Assembly (NCBI RefSeq): GCF_964204645.1
Contig: NC_134029.1
Coordinates: forward strand, 15,308,950 to 15,372,949
Length of the DNA stretch: 64,000 nt
Direction: 5' to 3'
DNA from: Tubulanus polymorphus
Taxonomy: Eukaryota; Animalia; Nemertea
The notes beneath the pieces were generated by a model, which was given only the letters and a program-made list of their open reading frames with translations, made no database searches and was not told the DNA's origin. The translations under genes and the position numbers were made by a program. Below are positions 1 to 13,037 of this stretch, piece after piece. Numbering within the stretch: position 1 is the first letter of the stretch; the number at the start of each line of letters is the position of its first letter.

Positions 1-92
1 GCCAGCACACAGATCACATTGTTCAATGGGGTTTGGTCCAGGACTCACGAGATTTTCAACAACACGGAAGTAACGTGTAATAAATGATGACT

Positions 93-1080
93 CAAATTCA
101 AATTCAAATCAATTTATTCATCATAAAAAACAGACAAGTTTGTTGATGATACATGAATTAAAGGATTACAATGTGACACATTTAACATGATAAAATATTG
201 ATTATATACATAATGAAAAACCGACGTAATACTTTCAAATGAGGTTAACGCAAATAACAATTTACATTATCATTATCATTATCAATCAGATGTTGACAAT
301 TCTACGAGTCGTATTAATATGACACTATTGTTTAATTAATTATTTAATACATTGATTGGTGTATTTCGCCACATTCAGTAAATCACTACCAGTACTTATT
401 TGGTTATTAAAAACAGCTGACAATTCTTCAAGATTATTTATATTTATCATATACTTATCACGTGGAATGGAAAATTTATTGCACCTAAACAGGAAATGTT
501 CTTCATTTTCTACTAATTGACAACTTGCACAAAGACGATCATTGGGCTCTAGACCTAAATATCTCCCTTTTTCAATCATAAGTCCATGCGAAGAAGTCCT
601 CAATTTGCAAACAGATGATCTCATAGAAAAGTTTTTAATACATATTCAGTATTTTTCCAGATAGAAGCCTTTTTTGATTTTGTTATAGAAGATGTATCTG
701 CTGTATGATTAATGTCGTTAATTTCGGATTTCCAATAGGCTATAAAATGATTTTGTAATGACACTTTTACCAGTTTAATATTTCCTCTAAAGCTATCCCA
801 AATATGCGAGAGCTGCAATATACACAGAAGTTCTTTAATACCTGACTGATAATTGTTAGGCTTATCTATATCACCTATACTATCCAGGAATGATGTATGT
901 ACAAGCGATTCATTTTTTGATGAGCTCATAATGGAGCACCAATATTTCACAACTGAAGATAAAATGGCTATATACAGAGGAAATTGTCCTAGGTCCCCTA
1001 ACATAGGGAGAACAGGAGATCTCCTGTTTATACCTAAAATTATGCGGTAGAACTTCATTGACTTGACTTGAATTGCATGA
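93..1080 (-). mobile_element. 5'-truncated non-LTR retrotransposon 3' end (ORF2 C-terminus with CCHC zinc knuckle, RTE-X/CR1-group-like)
   Basis: ORFs 621-1091 (KFYRIILGINRRSP..MLGDLGQFPL) and 340-624 (LRTSSHGLMIEKGRY..RLCASCQLVENEEHFLFRC) match the usual LINE ORF2 C-terminal pattern. On the - strand an AATAAA is followed by a (TTGAAT)n tail at ~93-118. Confidence 0.75.
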
Positions 1081-1532
1081 CTACCTACCACCCCTCATTA
1101 TTGTTGGAAAACTAAACGTTCGGCACTGACTAAAAATTAGTAATAACATTTCAGAAAAAATTTTAACTTAGGTTCTATCTCATTTTTATTTTACAATTGC
1201 GATTGGTATAATTTTTTTTTAAACGGCCGTTAAGGCTTCATGTTTCGTCTGCAATTCACTGCAAATAGTTACGCAACTACGCACATTTCAGTGTTTTTGG
1301 CAGCTGTACACTCAATCGGTACCGTTCGTGACTAGCTTCACTGCGGAATTATCATTAATTAACATCGCCATATCACATTATCAACTTATATTGCGCCTTA
1401 AAACCCTAACAGCCGAAATAATTGAAATGCACACACGATTTATATCATTGAAAATTGAGAGAGTGGCCATGTTTGTGTTTGCTGGTTCGCGTAAATCCCG
1501 CGCGGTGGCGCAACCGCGCGGAGTGGGCCGAT
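1081..1532 (-). repeat. Interspersed repeat family R1 (~450 bp, class unknown)
   Basis: The GC-rich head CCGCGCGGTTGCGCCACCGCGCGGGATTTACGCGAA..AACATGGCCAC and the body GCAGTGAATTGCAGACGAAACATGAAGCC recur at 8815-8880 plus 22100-22325, and at 36031-36400. Confidence 0.75.
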
Positions 1533-2532
1533 ACGTCCAGTAGTAGTCCAGTGATTTACCCACTGTGCCATAGAACGTAACTGCAGGGTGGATGAAATTT
1601 GATTTACAAATGGCCTAGCCTCACCTAACCCAAACTCTATTCTTTCACGCATGCGCGTTTGCAGATCATAGGAACTCACGTACGGCGTTTGTAGGGAACT
1701 CACGAAAGGTTAACCTGTGGATATCACCGTACAGTCACGTACGGGTAACAACTTCGTACTTAAAATGGCAATGGCTACTATATAACAGGCCTATAGACAA
1801 ACAAATACCGGTAGGCTTTCTTAGCTTCCAAACTTCACAACCGAACCAACTGACCAACCAGTATATTCTAGTCCCAGTACGCACCAACCGGCACAGGCCT
1901 AACACTGTTTGTCAACTGTGTGTACCGTAGTAGGCTATCGATAATCACCTGATACTTTTCTATCGTTTGTTTTCTCTCTGAGACGAACGTAATTCTAGTA
2001 GCCACCCGCGACTCAACGACCTTCATTTAAACTAGATCAATTTAAAATTTATTCATTGATGCTTTTGGTTACATGAACTGATCAGCAATATATAATTAAA
2101 TTAAATAACCGGATTGACAAGAAATCAATAATATAAAAGAGGTAACAAACAAATGCCCATAAACCTGTCAGTCTCGCGAACGCCGGGCTCGTAAACTCTT
2201 TGACTCGAACCCGCTGAGCAAAAAATTCATAGAATTGACTTTGGAATTGATGGTGGAGAAGAGCGGGAATAATTCGATAGTTCTTCCTCAAAAAGAAGAG
2301 AGAAAAGTCGGAAGAAAACACAACATGGCTACTAATTGGACGGGGCCAAATTTCCGATGTTTACGGCTCGACAGTGCCTTTATAACGTGGATTTATCAAA
2401 ATTCCCATGCAGTATCTGGAGATTGAAGTGAGCCGAAGGATATCATACGGATTGTATCGGCAACAGCGGTAAGGTAAGGAAGCCTTTACACTTTCAACAA
2501 AAACTGTGTGGAAAAGGGAAAAAGAAAAATAA

Positions 2533-5500
2533 ATATAGCTGCAAAGCAGCGATAACGGGTTTCTGCCTTGCTGGATAAGGAGCACCATCTAGGGGTCAGC
2601 TGATAACATGGCTATATTGATCCACATGAGATACTACGCAAAAAGTTCTAATGTACCAAGGTTAGGGGAAATGACACTGAGAATAACAAAGATACGGTAC
2701 TTTAACCGTGCCCAAGTTGCCGGTTAGCGTACTATAGAATTACAATCGAAAAAACTGATGCTAGAATGAGTTTTCACCATTAACGCCCCCTAGTGGTTAG
2801 AATAGGAACTAATTATGTCAGGAATTCGTTGTACAGGTACGTGTATATCACTTTTCATAGAAATCCCTTTATCCGCTTAGTAGATATCAATTAAAAGGCA
2901 TTTCCAGCAGCTTGTAGGTGGCGCTCCTAGAGAACCAAATGAGTTACCTACTTAAACCATACATCAATACACGTGTCTTGTAAAGGGCTACTAACCACAC
3001 ATTCAAACAACGATTCTATTGGCAACGGTTAAGAACCTAGGAGCAGAAATCGTTGTTTTCACAGTCCCCTGGTTGTAGTTACTTAAACTAATCACGCAGG
3101 TTGCCATATTACACACATTTCTATGTACTTATACCAAGTTTTGTGATGTGCATAATAATCAGACCGCATTACATGCGAAAAATGGATGCTTAAATGAGTT
3201 TTAAAAATTTACGCCCCCTTGTGGTTAAAATAGGAAGTAATTATGTGAGGGGTTCTTTGTATTTAGTAACGAGGTACATGTGAATCAATTTTTATAGAAA
3301 TCCATTCACACGCTTAGTCGATATAGATGAAAATGCGTTATCCAGCATTTTATAGGTGGCGCTACTGGAGAACCATATGAGTTACATAGTTATGCCATAT
3401 ATCAATACAAGCGTCTTCGCAAGGGCTACTGATCACTCGTAGCAACCACGATTCTCCAACGGTTAAAGAACTAGGAGCAAAAATCTCATTAAAAAATTTG
3501 GGGGCCCATTTTTGAGCCCGTAGAGCCCAAACGGTTAATCGTAGATATGGCGTGCCAATGACTTTTTTAACCTCCGGGCTGTTATGAACAACTTTCGTGC
3601 TCGCCCGAAGCTGAAAAGTCAAAGACAAAAAATTTTCTCACGCAGTAACTTTTCGATGTCATAATTTTCAAACGTAAAGCACGCCCTGGTGGGTGTACGG
3701 GGTCCCAAATCAAAGATCCCTTCGACCTACCTCAAGGTACCTGTGTTCCGTACATCTCACGAAAGTTTCAAGTAAATCCGTCAAGGAATATTGTAATGCT
3801 AGCAGAAGAATATATTCATCCAGGCTCTCGCGTATCGATAGCTGCATTCATTAGCTCTATCCAGGGAAGTTACTGCAAGGATGCTATTGCTTGTACGTAC
3901 GTATATGCGGCTCAAACAAGGCTATAAAAATTCCTCAGTTGCGTTCACTCGAGAATGACCTATTTCAACGGCAAAACAATCGTCTCGTAGAGTGATAAAA
4001 ATACTTTTTACTACTGATCTAGAACAGGGCTCTCTATCACTGTATATGCGGATACGCACTCAAATACACGTACTGCGGCACTGTGGGAATAAGACACGTA
4101 GGCAATACACATACGTAGATGGATACTGTTTGAATCGGGCTCAAATTTCGATGTTTAGAGGCTCACAGTGAGTAAACAGTGGCATTCTGATTAATATTAT
4201 ATACAGCATTTGTCAATGCAGCATAATACTTGTGATACAGAATGGTTTCGCCGACAGTGGAAGTAAGTTGCAGTTGTTTTTATCCTTTCAGTAAGATCCA
4301 GTGTGAAAAAGAATATAATAATATTAATAAATATAGCTGCAAAGCAGCGATAACGGGCTTCTGCCTTGCTGGATACAATATCGTTCAAGGGTGCGTGCAA
4401 ACATTTCACCGAAAGTAGCGCCACCTAGGGGTCAACTTATGACATGGATATGTTGACCCACAAGGGCTACTACGCGCATAGTACTTATGTACCAAGTTTA
4501 GAGGAAATCGAGAATAGCGAAGATACAGTATTTTACTTTTCCCTAGTGGCAGTTGTATGAACTAATTTTGGCGGTTTGCGTACTTTCCTTATGTATATGT
4601 ACTCACACCAGGTTTTTGTTTAGGTCTATCATAAAATGACTGAATTACACGTAAGGAAACGGATGTTGGAATGAGTTTTCGAAATGTACGCGCCCTACTG
4701 GTTAGAATAGGAACTTATAATGTGAGGGGTTCGTTGTATCTCATATCCAGGTATACGTGTATCAATTTTCATAGAAATCCCTCTATCCGCTTAGTAGATA
4801 TGAATAAAAATGTATTTCCAGCAAAATGTAGGTGGTGCTCCTGAGGAACCATATAAGTTACCTACTTAAACCATACATCACTTCAAGTATCTTGAAAAGG
4901 GCTGCTAACTACACATTGTAACCTCGATTCTATCGCCAACGGTTAAGGACCTAGGACTAAAATGGTAGTTTTCACAGTCCCCTGGTGGCAGTTGTATGAA
5001 CTATTTATGCAGGATGGCATATTACACACATGTCTTTGTACTTATACCAAGTTTTGTGATTTTCACAATAAACAGACCGCATTAAATGCGAAAAATGGAT
5101 GCTGAAATCGATTTTTCAAAATTTACGCCCCTAGTGGTTAAAATGGGAACTAATCATATGAGGGGTTCGTTTCGTTTAGTAACCAGGTACATGTGTGTCA
5201 ATTTTTATAGAAATCCATTGATGCCCTTAGTCGATATAGATGAAAATGCGTATTCCAGCGTCTTATAGGTGGCGCTACTGGCGAACCATATGAGCTACAT
5301 AGTTATACCATACATCAATACAAGCGTCTTCGCAATGGCTACTGGTCACTCGTTGCAACCACAATTCTATCTCCACCGGTTAAGGAGCTAGGAGCAAAAA
5401 TCTTTGAAAAATTTTGGGGCCCATTTTCGAGCCCGTAGAGCCCAAACGGTTAATCGCAGATAGGGCGTGCCAGTGACGTTTTTAGCCTCCAGGCTGTTAT

Positions 5501-6096
5501 GAACAACTTTCGTGCTCGGCCGGAGCTGAAAACTCAAAGACAAAAATTGTTCTCACACTAACTTTTCGATGTCAGAATTTTCAAAAGTAAAACGCCCCCT
5601 GGTGGGTAAACGGGGACCCCAATCAAAGATCCCTTCGACTTACCTCAAGGTACCTGCGATCCGTACATCTCACGAAAGTTTCAAGTAAATCCGCCAAGGA
5701 ATATTGTAATGCTAACAGAATATAGCCATCCAGGCTCTCGCGTATAGATACCGTAGCTGCATTCATTAGCTCTATCCAGGGAAGTTACTGCAAGGATGCT
5801 ATTGCTTGTATATGTGGCACAAAAAATTCCTCAGTTGCGTTCACTCGAGACTGACCCCATTCAGTGCGCCACATATATATAAAGATACTAAAAAACTACG
5901 GATCTAGTACACACGCTCTATCACTGCTTATAGGGACACTGACACAAACAGACGCACTGACGCGCTGTGGGAATGACACGTAGGCAATACACATACGTAG
6001 ATGGATACTGTTTGAATCGGGCTTAAATTTCGATGTTTAGAGGCGCACAGTGAGTAAACAGTGCAATTCTGATTAATATCACGTACAGTATTTGTC

Positions 6097-6136
<40 letters not shown>

Positions 6137-6354
6137 GTAATAATAGTAATAATAGTAATAATAGTAATAATAGTAATAATAGTTAGTAATAATAGTAATA
6201 ATAGTAATAATAGTTAGTAATAATAGTAATAATAGTAATAATAATAATAATAATCAGCAGGAATACAATAGGGTTTCTGCGAAGGCAGCAGAAAACCCTT
6301 ATAATAATCACGCGAATCTCAATAGGGTTTTCTGTGAAGAAACAGAAAACCCTA
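2533..6354 (+). mobile_element. Head-to-tail dimer (units ~2533-4330 and ~4331-6354) of a ~1.8-kb non-autonomous element, Helentron/HINE-like
   Basis: Both units start ATATAGCTGCAAAGCAGCGATAACGGG(T/C)TTCTGCC, containing the palindrome GCTGC-AAA-GCAGC. Each has internal sub-repeats. Unit 2 ends in an (AAT)n/(AGTAAT)n microsatellite and GGGTTTCTGC..GCAGAAAACCC stem-loops (6267-6354). No ORF. The Helentron classification is inferred from this architecture. Confidence 0.6.
6098..6254. repeat. (AAT)n/(AGTAATAAT)n microsatellite
   Basis: Directly visible. Confidence 0.95.
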
Positions 6355-6478
6355 AATATTTTAGGAACAGATTATTTTGATGATAAACCTCAACAAGTAA
6401 AAATACCAGCTTCAAAAACTATTTCTATTTCAAATAAACCTTACATGGAAAATGTTAGAAATTATATTGATTCACTTA
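6355..6478 (+). pseudogene. Isolated ~125-bp fragment of the Polinton pPolB N-terminal region
   Basis: ILGTDYFDDKPQQVKIPASKTISISNKPYMENVRNYIDSL closely matches VLGKDYFDDKPQKVKKPTSKTKSISNKPYMENVRNYIDSL in ORF 53031-53684. Confidence 0.9.
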
Positions 6479-7059
6479 AGAATTCATTAATTCAAAAAAT
6501 CATAAAAAAGCCCTTCGAAATTAGTAGAAACTGTGTATACAGTAAGCCCTCAACAGAGGTGACGTCAGGAACACCCATGCTCACATCTAGATAACAGTTA
6601 GCATGTGCTGAAATTGCCGATTTATTAGTCGTATTGCAGGAAACGACTGGAATGATAATCAGTAGCATATTTATCACTTGTGAAAATATTACTTCATAGC
6701 AAAAGTATGACACGATATTCTATTTGATTGAATCCTTCATTGCAAAGGACACGTGTTCCAAGTTCACCATCTTTAAATTCCAAACTTTTATTTTTTCCAT
6801 TCCAGAAATTTTATAACTATGCCTTCGCGTTCTAAGAAATCGACCCTCTAAACCTTCGACCTTCATTACATGTGACTCATTTACAATATTCGAGATATCA
6901 ACAATTTCGAAATTATGTTCTTGTGATACAAAGGAATTCAGTTGGTTGTAATTAGTTGGAAAACTATTCCGATTCGATTTTTTGTCTTTTTTTACTAAAA
7001 CATCCTAAATCGATTCGACGCTATGGATTTAGTTACAGCGCATCATCAAATACATCGAA

Positions 7060-8660
7060 AGACCAACCGATGACCTCTCGTAACCTCTGTTACCTTTTGA
7101 CATACAGACATTTCATTCGTTCCTTGTTCTGTATTCGCTAGATGGCACGAGTATACGATATTCCTCAGTCCAGACTTCTGTACGTAACCATGCCTCGCCT
7201 GCTGATAAGCGATGGCTAACCTGACCTCGGCCACTAGGCTAATCGAGACGTCTGCGTGTGCCGTTTTCAGCAGTGTCACAGTTGCTATGCAACTATAGTA
7301 ACTATTGGATTAGAATACATTATCAATAGATTTAGCTACACAACAATCATTTCCCTAGTTTTTTGAGAAAAATATTAATACATGTTTTCGTTTTTAGCGG
7401 GTTATAATATTTGCGGAAAATTTAATACTTAACAGAAAATAGGCGACTATTAGGATTTAAGTGATTTGGACGGTGGGCAGACGCCGATTTATTTGACATG
7501 TCACATTTTTAATCTTGTTGATCGCGTTTTCAACAGGGTCGGGTTTCGGGTTTCACGAAGGGGGATTAAGCCCCCTCAATCCGGTTAATTGGTTAATTCA
7601 AATTTACATTTTGAAGCTAATTTTTGATGCCCATTTCACAAACGCAGATATCTAATATAACTAAGGAGATGACGAATCAGAGTAAATCGGCTAATTCGCA
7701 TTTGTTACTACAAATATTGCCTAAATACTGCACTCTTTTTGAAGCGATACTCGCACGCAAACAACGCCAAAACTGAAATAAGTTGACGATGCCAGTATTG
7801 AAGATAATTACTTCGAACGCACTTTCAACATACATACCACAAAACAATCTGTGCATAATTAGCGACTGGGCTGGTCATTTTATGAATGATAGTTACTTCA
7901 CCGTATAGGACTAATGTACTTTGGGAAACTAATTAGGAATTAACTCCGAAGGTAATTACAACTAATTCACTTTTCCCTTATTAGCGATTGTGAAAGAGAT
8001 TTAATCAGCGAATTAACTAACTAATTAATTAAGCATTTTTCATCCCAATTATCACATAAACCAGACCCAGGGTATTAATCCAATTGGCTGCGTGAATAAC
8101 TATGGACTCTAAAACGAAATGCCATGGAATATTTAGCTCGCTTTTATCGAAATGATGACGTAGTTACGTTGATGGATGTCAGAGTCTGGCAGTGATCCAA
8201 ATAAAAAAGTTGCCGTTGTTAGAATTAAAAACTTTACGAGGATTTCGCTTATTTCACAAAACACCCAACAAATAAAGAAAGAGTTTAACACGTGTAATAT
8301 ATTTCATATATACATTCATTAATATCCACAGCTACATTACAAATGTCGCAACTTAGTGACGTAGCTTACAGCTGCTGGGTGGCTGAGTTCAGGTTGCCGC
8401 TCGCGGTCAGCAGACATGGTTACGCAATCATGTTTAGACGTCTGGGTTGGTTTGCGCCATCACGTGGCGATTTGTTGTCCAGGTCGAGGTCGAGGCTGTT
8501 TATCATCAGCAGACGAGACGTGGTTACGTTAAAATGTCTGGACTGCAGAATAGCGTATACCAGCGCCACCTGGCGAATAAGTAACGACAAACGAATCAGA
8601 CAATTCAATAGGTAACAACCCTCTGGGGAGGTCGTGAGAGGTCGCCTATCAGTTATTTTG
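7060..8660. repeat. Diverged inverted repeat pair (~7060-7235 and ~8480-8660), probably an old TIR element
   Basis: TATTCGCTAGATGGCACGAGTATACGATATTCCTCAGTCCAGAC..CGTAACCATGCCTCGCCTGCTGAT aligns with the reverse complement of 8480-8580. Confidence 0.55.
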
Positions 8661-8976
8661 AGGTAATCGGTACCCTCTCATTTTTAAGAAGAGATCCAAG
8701 ATCTACACAGATCAATAACAAGACGAATAGTACTATATAGGTTAACTATTTATTTGACGCACGAGATTGCGCTGCTAATGAAAAGAAGCTCCATCAGGTG
8801 AATGATCGGTCGGGTCCCATTCCGCGCGGTTGCCCCACCGCGCGGGATTTACGCGAAGCAGCAGGAACAAACATGGCCACCATTTGAGTAATTGGAAAAT
8901 GACGTTTTCAGGCCAGAGGACGGGAGGACGACACATCACTCATCACCAGAAGTAATTCCCCCCCCCCCCCTGATAA

Positions 8977-9305
8977 ATGGGAGACAGAAAAGGATTCTTA
9001 TCGAAAATAAATAACAGAATAAAACCAGCAAAAAAAACCAATTTGAAATAAAAAAGTTAGTTGATGTTACAAAAGAAATTGAACATAAAATATTAAAATT
9101 AGAAAAGATAAAAACTAAATATGGAGAGAAAGTATCAACAAATTTAAGTTACTGTAATGTAAGTACAACGCGAGAATTCAAAGTATTTTTACCTGATCAA
9201 TAGGTTTCATTGAGTACAGAGGAATTAAAAGATTTAGAAGGATTTAAAATAATCTATCATGGAAAAAATGAAGACGGTCATCATGATTTATGAATTGTTG
9301 ATTAA
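8977..9305 (+). pseudogene. Polinton A terminal small gene (~105 aa, TKYG..FKVFLP motif), disrupted
   Basis: Homologous to 38523-38850 and 37002-37322; contains stops and frameshifts. Confidence 0.7.
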
Positions 9306-10439
9306 ATAATAAAATAAAATAATTAAGAAAATAAATTGATAAAGAATAAAATGATAAAAATAATAAAACAATAAGATTAATTATATATCTAGAATCCGAA
9401 ATGACTTATCTGGACAATTTAATTGCTCCTCATAGATAGACAAAAGTAGTGAGAGATTTAATTGACTCAAAGTAGAAATATTGTTCAATGAATTAATTTT
9501 TTTCGCTGTTTTTCTAAAATATTAATCCATTTTTTTTATTGTGAATTTTGCAATTTCAGAAGTATTTTCATTTTAATAGTAGTAGTTTCAGAATTATGAA
9601 CAACACAAATTTCATTTGATTTTTTATACCAAATAAATCCAATCAAAATGAATACAATTACAAATCCAGTTGTAAAATATAAATATTTATCAAATATTCT
9701 AATATTAGAAGGAGTAGAAATAACAATATTTTCACCATTATTATTAACATTTTCATTATTTATTTTTTCTTTTTATCTTATTTAAATTCTTTTGATTTAA
9801 TTCTTTATTGGCGAGACCATTCATTTTGTTTCTGAGTTTTTTCTTAACAGTTAATTCCTTCAATTCTTCCACCTCGCTCATATATTATAGAAAAATTTTT
9901 ACTTTCAATATTTGAATATGTTATAACTCCAGTTGATAATAATGTCATAAATCCACCTAATTGAAATGATAAATATTCAATCCATTTATTCAATTCAGTT
10001 ATAACTTAATAATCATTTTTTAAATCGGAATTTTCATCTTCAATTGGGTGCATATAATTACATAATTTACTATTACCTTTTAGTACATTTTCTGATATCG
10101 CATCATTAATTCTTGCTATTCTCGCAGTCTCAAAATCTTAAATAATAATAATAATTTTGTCTGATTTCATTGTATCTAATTCATTATAAGTTAAATTTTT
10201 ACTAATAAAACTTTTACATTTCCCAGATGCTATTGATATTTCTAAGTGATGTTTGCAATAAAGATAATATTCATAATTTATTATTTGTAGTAATATTATT
10301 TAAAGCACCATTATCATCTGGTGTTAATTTTGTTTCTGTTATACCTAAATTATCCAAAGTTTTTTCAATTGGGATATCACTATTTTCAGATTTTATTTTC
10401 TTTTCACCACCCATTTTTATAACAAAAAATTAGTTGTGT

Positions 10440-10730
10440 TGTTGCAACTAGAATTCAACTAGAATGTAACTAAAATCAAGCTAGTTGAAATATTATTGTT
10501 TTTATTTATTTCTTGTTGAATCTTATTTGATTTTTGTTTCAACTACCATCAACTAGAATTCAACTAGAATGTAACTAGAAATATACTAAATTAACAAGCT
10601 AGTTGAAATATTATTGTTTTTATTTATTTCTAGTTGAATTTTATTTGATTTTTGTTTCAACTACCATTAACTTAAATATAACTAGAATGTAACTAAAAAT
10701 GTAATAGATTAACAAGCTAGTTGAATTTAA
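10440..10730. repeat. Polinton intergenic array of AACTAGAATTC/AACTAGAATGT units with CAACTAG..CTAGTTG palindromes (copy A)
   Basis: Directly visible; homologous array at 40795-41058. Confidence 0.85.
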
Positions 10731-11160
10731 ATAAATTCATATTTAAATGGGTTTTGTAATCGAAATAGTAATTTTGATCTTTTATTATTTTTCAATTTAT
10801 CCATTTATTCATTATGTAAATCATGTGGAATAATATCATTTCCTCAAGTGCATTTTTCATTGATTTTCTATCTTTATAATCGAATGATACTAAAAATCTA
10901 ATGTTTTCTCTAAAATCTTTAACAATTGAATTATATTTTTGATTTAAAACCCACGTTGTTATCCCAAAATGTCTACCAGAAAAAGAAAAAAATAACATAA
11001 TTCACTTTCTCTTACTTTTGAATCATGTAAATTAGCACAATCATCTATAATGAATTTGTTCCTTAATAAATATCAATTGCTATTTTAATACAATTATCTA
11101 AATTTTCTTTAACTGTTTTAGGATCTAATACAATAAATTTATTATCTGTAGTAATATTTC
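10730..11160 (-). pseudogene. A32-like packaging ATPase, C-terminal remnant (copy A)
   Basis: FSGRHFGITTWVLNQKYNSIVKDFRENIRF in ORF 10792-10998 is nearly identical to copy B. The Walker A half has been lost by deletion. Confidence 0.8.
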
Positions 11161-11930
11161 TTGTTGAGTATTGAAATCTATATATTTTTCTAACCACTTC
11201 GATTGATTAAATTCAATATATCTATGTACTTTCTTTAATGTCAATCCTTGTTTTAGATAAAATTTTAACATTCTATAATGAACAATTTAATTATATTTAT
11301 TACTTTGTGTTAATATTAATTTTTCTGTAAAAACATGGTCTTTCGATTTTATTTTTTTTCTGGTATTCACTTAGATAACTATCATCTACGGCTAAATGTT
11401 CTGGGCAATAAGGTAAGTTTTTTGTTTTAAACTTTATGTTATCGGGATATTCTAAATCAACTACAGAGAAATAACAAATTGGTGCATCATCTTTTTAAAC
11501 GCATAATTGCACTTTCCCAATCAGTTTTTCATCATTTTCAACTTCTGTAAATTTTTGTATGGTTGAGGTTGCATCATTGCCCAACCATATAAATTATTGG
11601 TGTCAATATATAATAATTTATATTCATCATTTACTTTAAGATATCTATCTCCCATAACACCACTAATTCCACCTCTAATTGATTTTTCAAATAATAAAAC
11701 CATGTTTCGTTCTTTTAATAAATCTAATTCTACATTTGTATATTTTAAACCACATTGCCAGGTTAAACCAGGACTTGAATAACAATAACAAGGATCAACA
11801 TTAAAATGATTTAAATTAACTTCTTTAAATTTTTCAAATATATCAGCCAATATCATAACATCTGATTTTAAGTATAAATCTACTAATTCACCATGATTTT
11901 TCATCTTAAAATGATTCCAAATATTTAATG

Positions 11931-13037
11931 GTTTATTTCAAACTCCATCTTTCACGTACTCAGCATGTTGTCATTGGCAGCAGCAAATCTGCTGGTCGTG
12001 AACTTCGCTACGGAGTCCCTCAAGGTTTGGTCCTTGGGTCTCTTCTGTTCTCAGTGTATATTCTACCACTAAAGGATGTAATCAAGTCGTTCAAAGTCGG
12101 AACGCACGGCTTTGCTGATGACAAGCAGATCTACACGCTTCTGCCCATATCTGAACAGCATCAGTTGCATGAAAAAATATATCATGCAGAGTCGTGTCTC
12201 GTTGCCATCAATGGATGGTACGCTGATAACTCTCTTAAAGCGAATCCGACCAAAACTGAAGCAATTCTCTTTGGCACTTTACAGCGTCTATCATCGGTTG
12301 TCATTGTGTCTATAAATGTTGACGAAGTTGATATTCCTATATCCCAACAGCCAGTCAGGAACCTTGGAGTAATGTTTGACTCACAGCGCTCAGGTTAACT
12401 CTATTCTCAAGAGTGGCTATTACCATCTTCGTAACATAGCGTCAGTGCGGAATCAACTAACTCAATCGTCAGCCAAATCGCTTATTCAGGCCCTGGTCAT
12501 ATCTCGGCTGGATTATTGTAATAGTCTCCTTGCTGGTGTTAGTAGTTAAAATGTCAACAAACTTCAGCGCTTACAGAACTCCTGTGCTCGTTTGATATGC
12601 AGAACACCTCGCTGCGACCATATCACGCCAATCCTTGTGCAACTACATTGGCTCCCTGTTTCAGCTAGGATCGACTTCAAAGTTCTGTTGCTTACCTACA
12701 AATCACTCACCTACCAAGCTCCTGATTATCTCTTTGAACTATTAACCACCTACAAACCGTCCAAAAACCTCCGTTCGGTTCAGCAGCATCGACTTCTCGA
12801 ACGTCGTTATAACTTGTCAACATTTGGATCCATTGCGTTCTCTGTTCACGCTCTGTCACTTTGAAACTCTCACGAACTATCTAGATGGTTATCTCTCGAC
12901 CTCAATAGCTTCAAGACCCATCTCAAAACAACTTTGTTCCATGCAGCATACCATTAACTCTCGGAAAGCGCATTTGAACTGTCAAAGGATACTTGCGCGT
13001 TATAAATGACAATTATTATTATTATTATTATTATTAT
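11931..13037 (+). mobile_element. 5'-truncated L2/CR1-group LINE inserted in Polinton A pPolB
   Basis: RT motifs YGVPQGLVLGSLLFSVY and FADDKQIY, then VRNLGVMFDS, SRLDYCNSLL and HITPILVQLHWLPVSARIDFKVLLLTYK. (ATT)n tail at 13012-13037. Compared with copy B, ~26 bp of target appears deleted rather than duplicated. Confidence 0.9.

Noticed and set aside
2-69. PAHRSHCSMGFGPGLT.. resembling the tail of a TB domain exon, with a GTAACG donor at 70
   Set aside because: The donor would be phase 2, incompatible with the phase-1 acceptor at 22882. Only one Cys is visible and the sequence is cut by the window edge.
10440-10730. Regularly spaced AACTAG repeats (also 40795-41058) as a CRISPR-like array
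   Set aside because: The spacers are themselves repeated rather than unique, there are no cas genes, and the context is eukaryotic.
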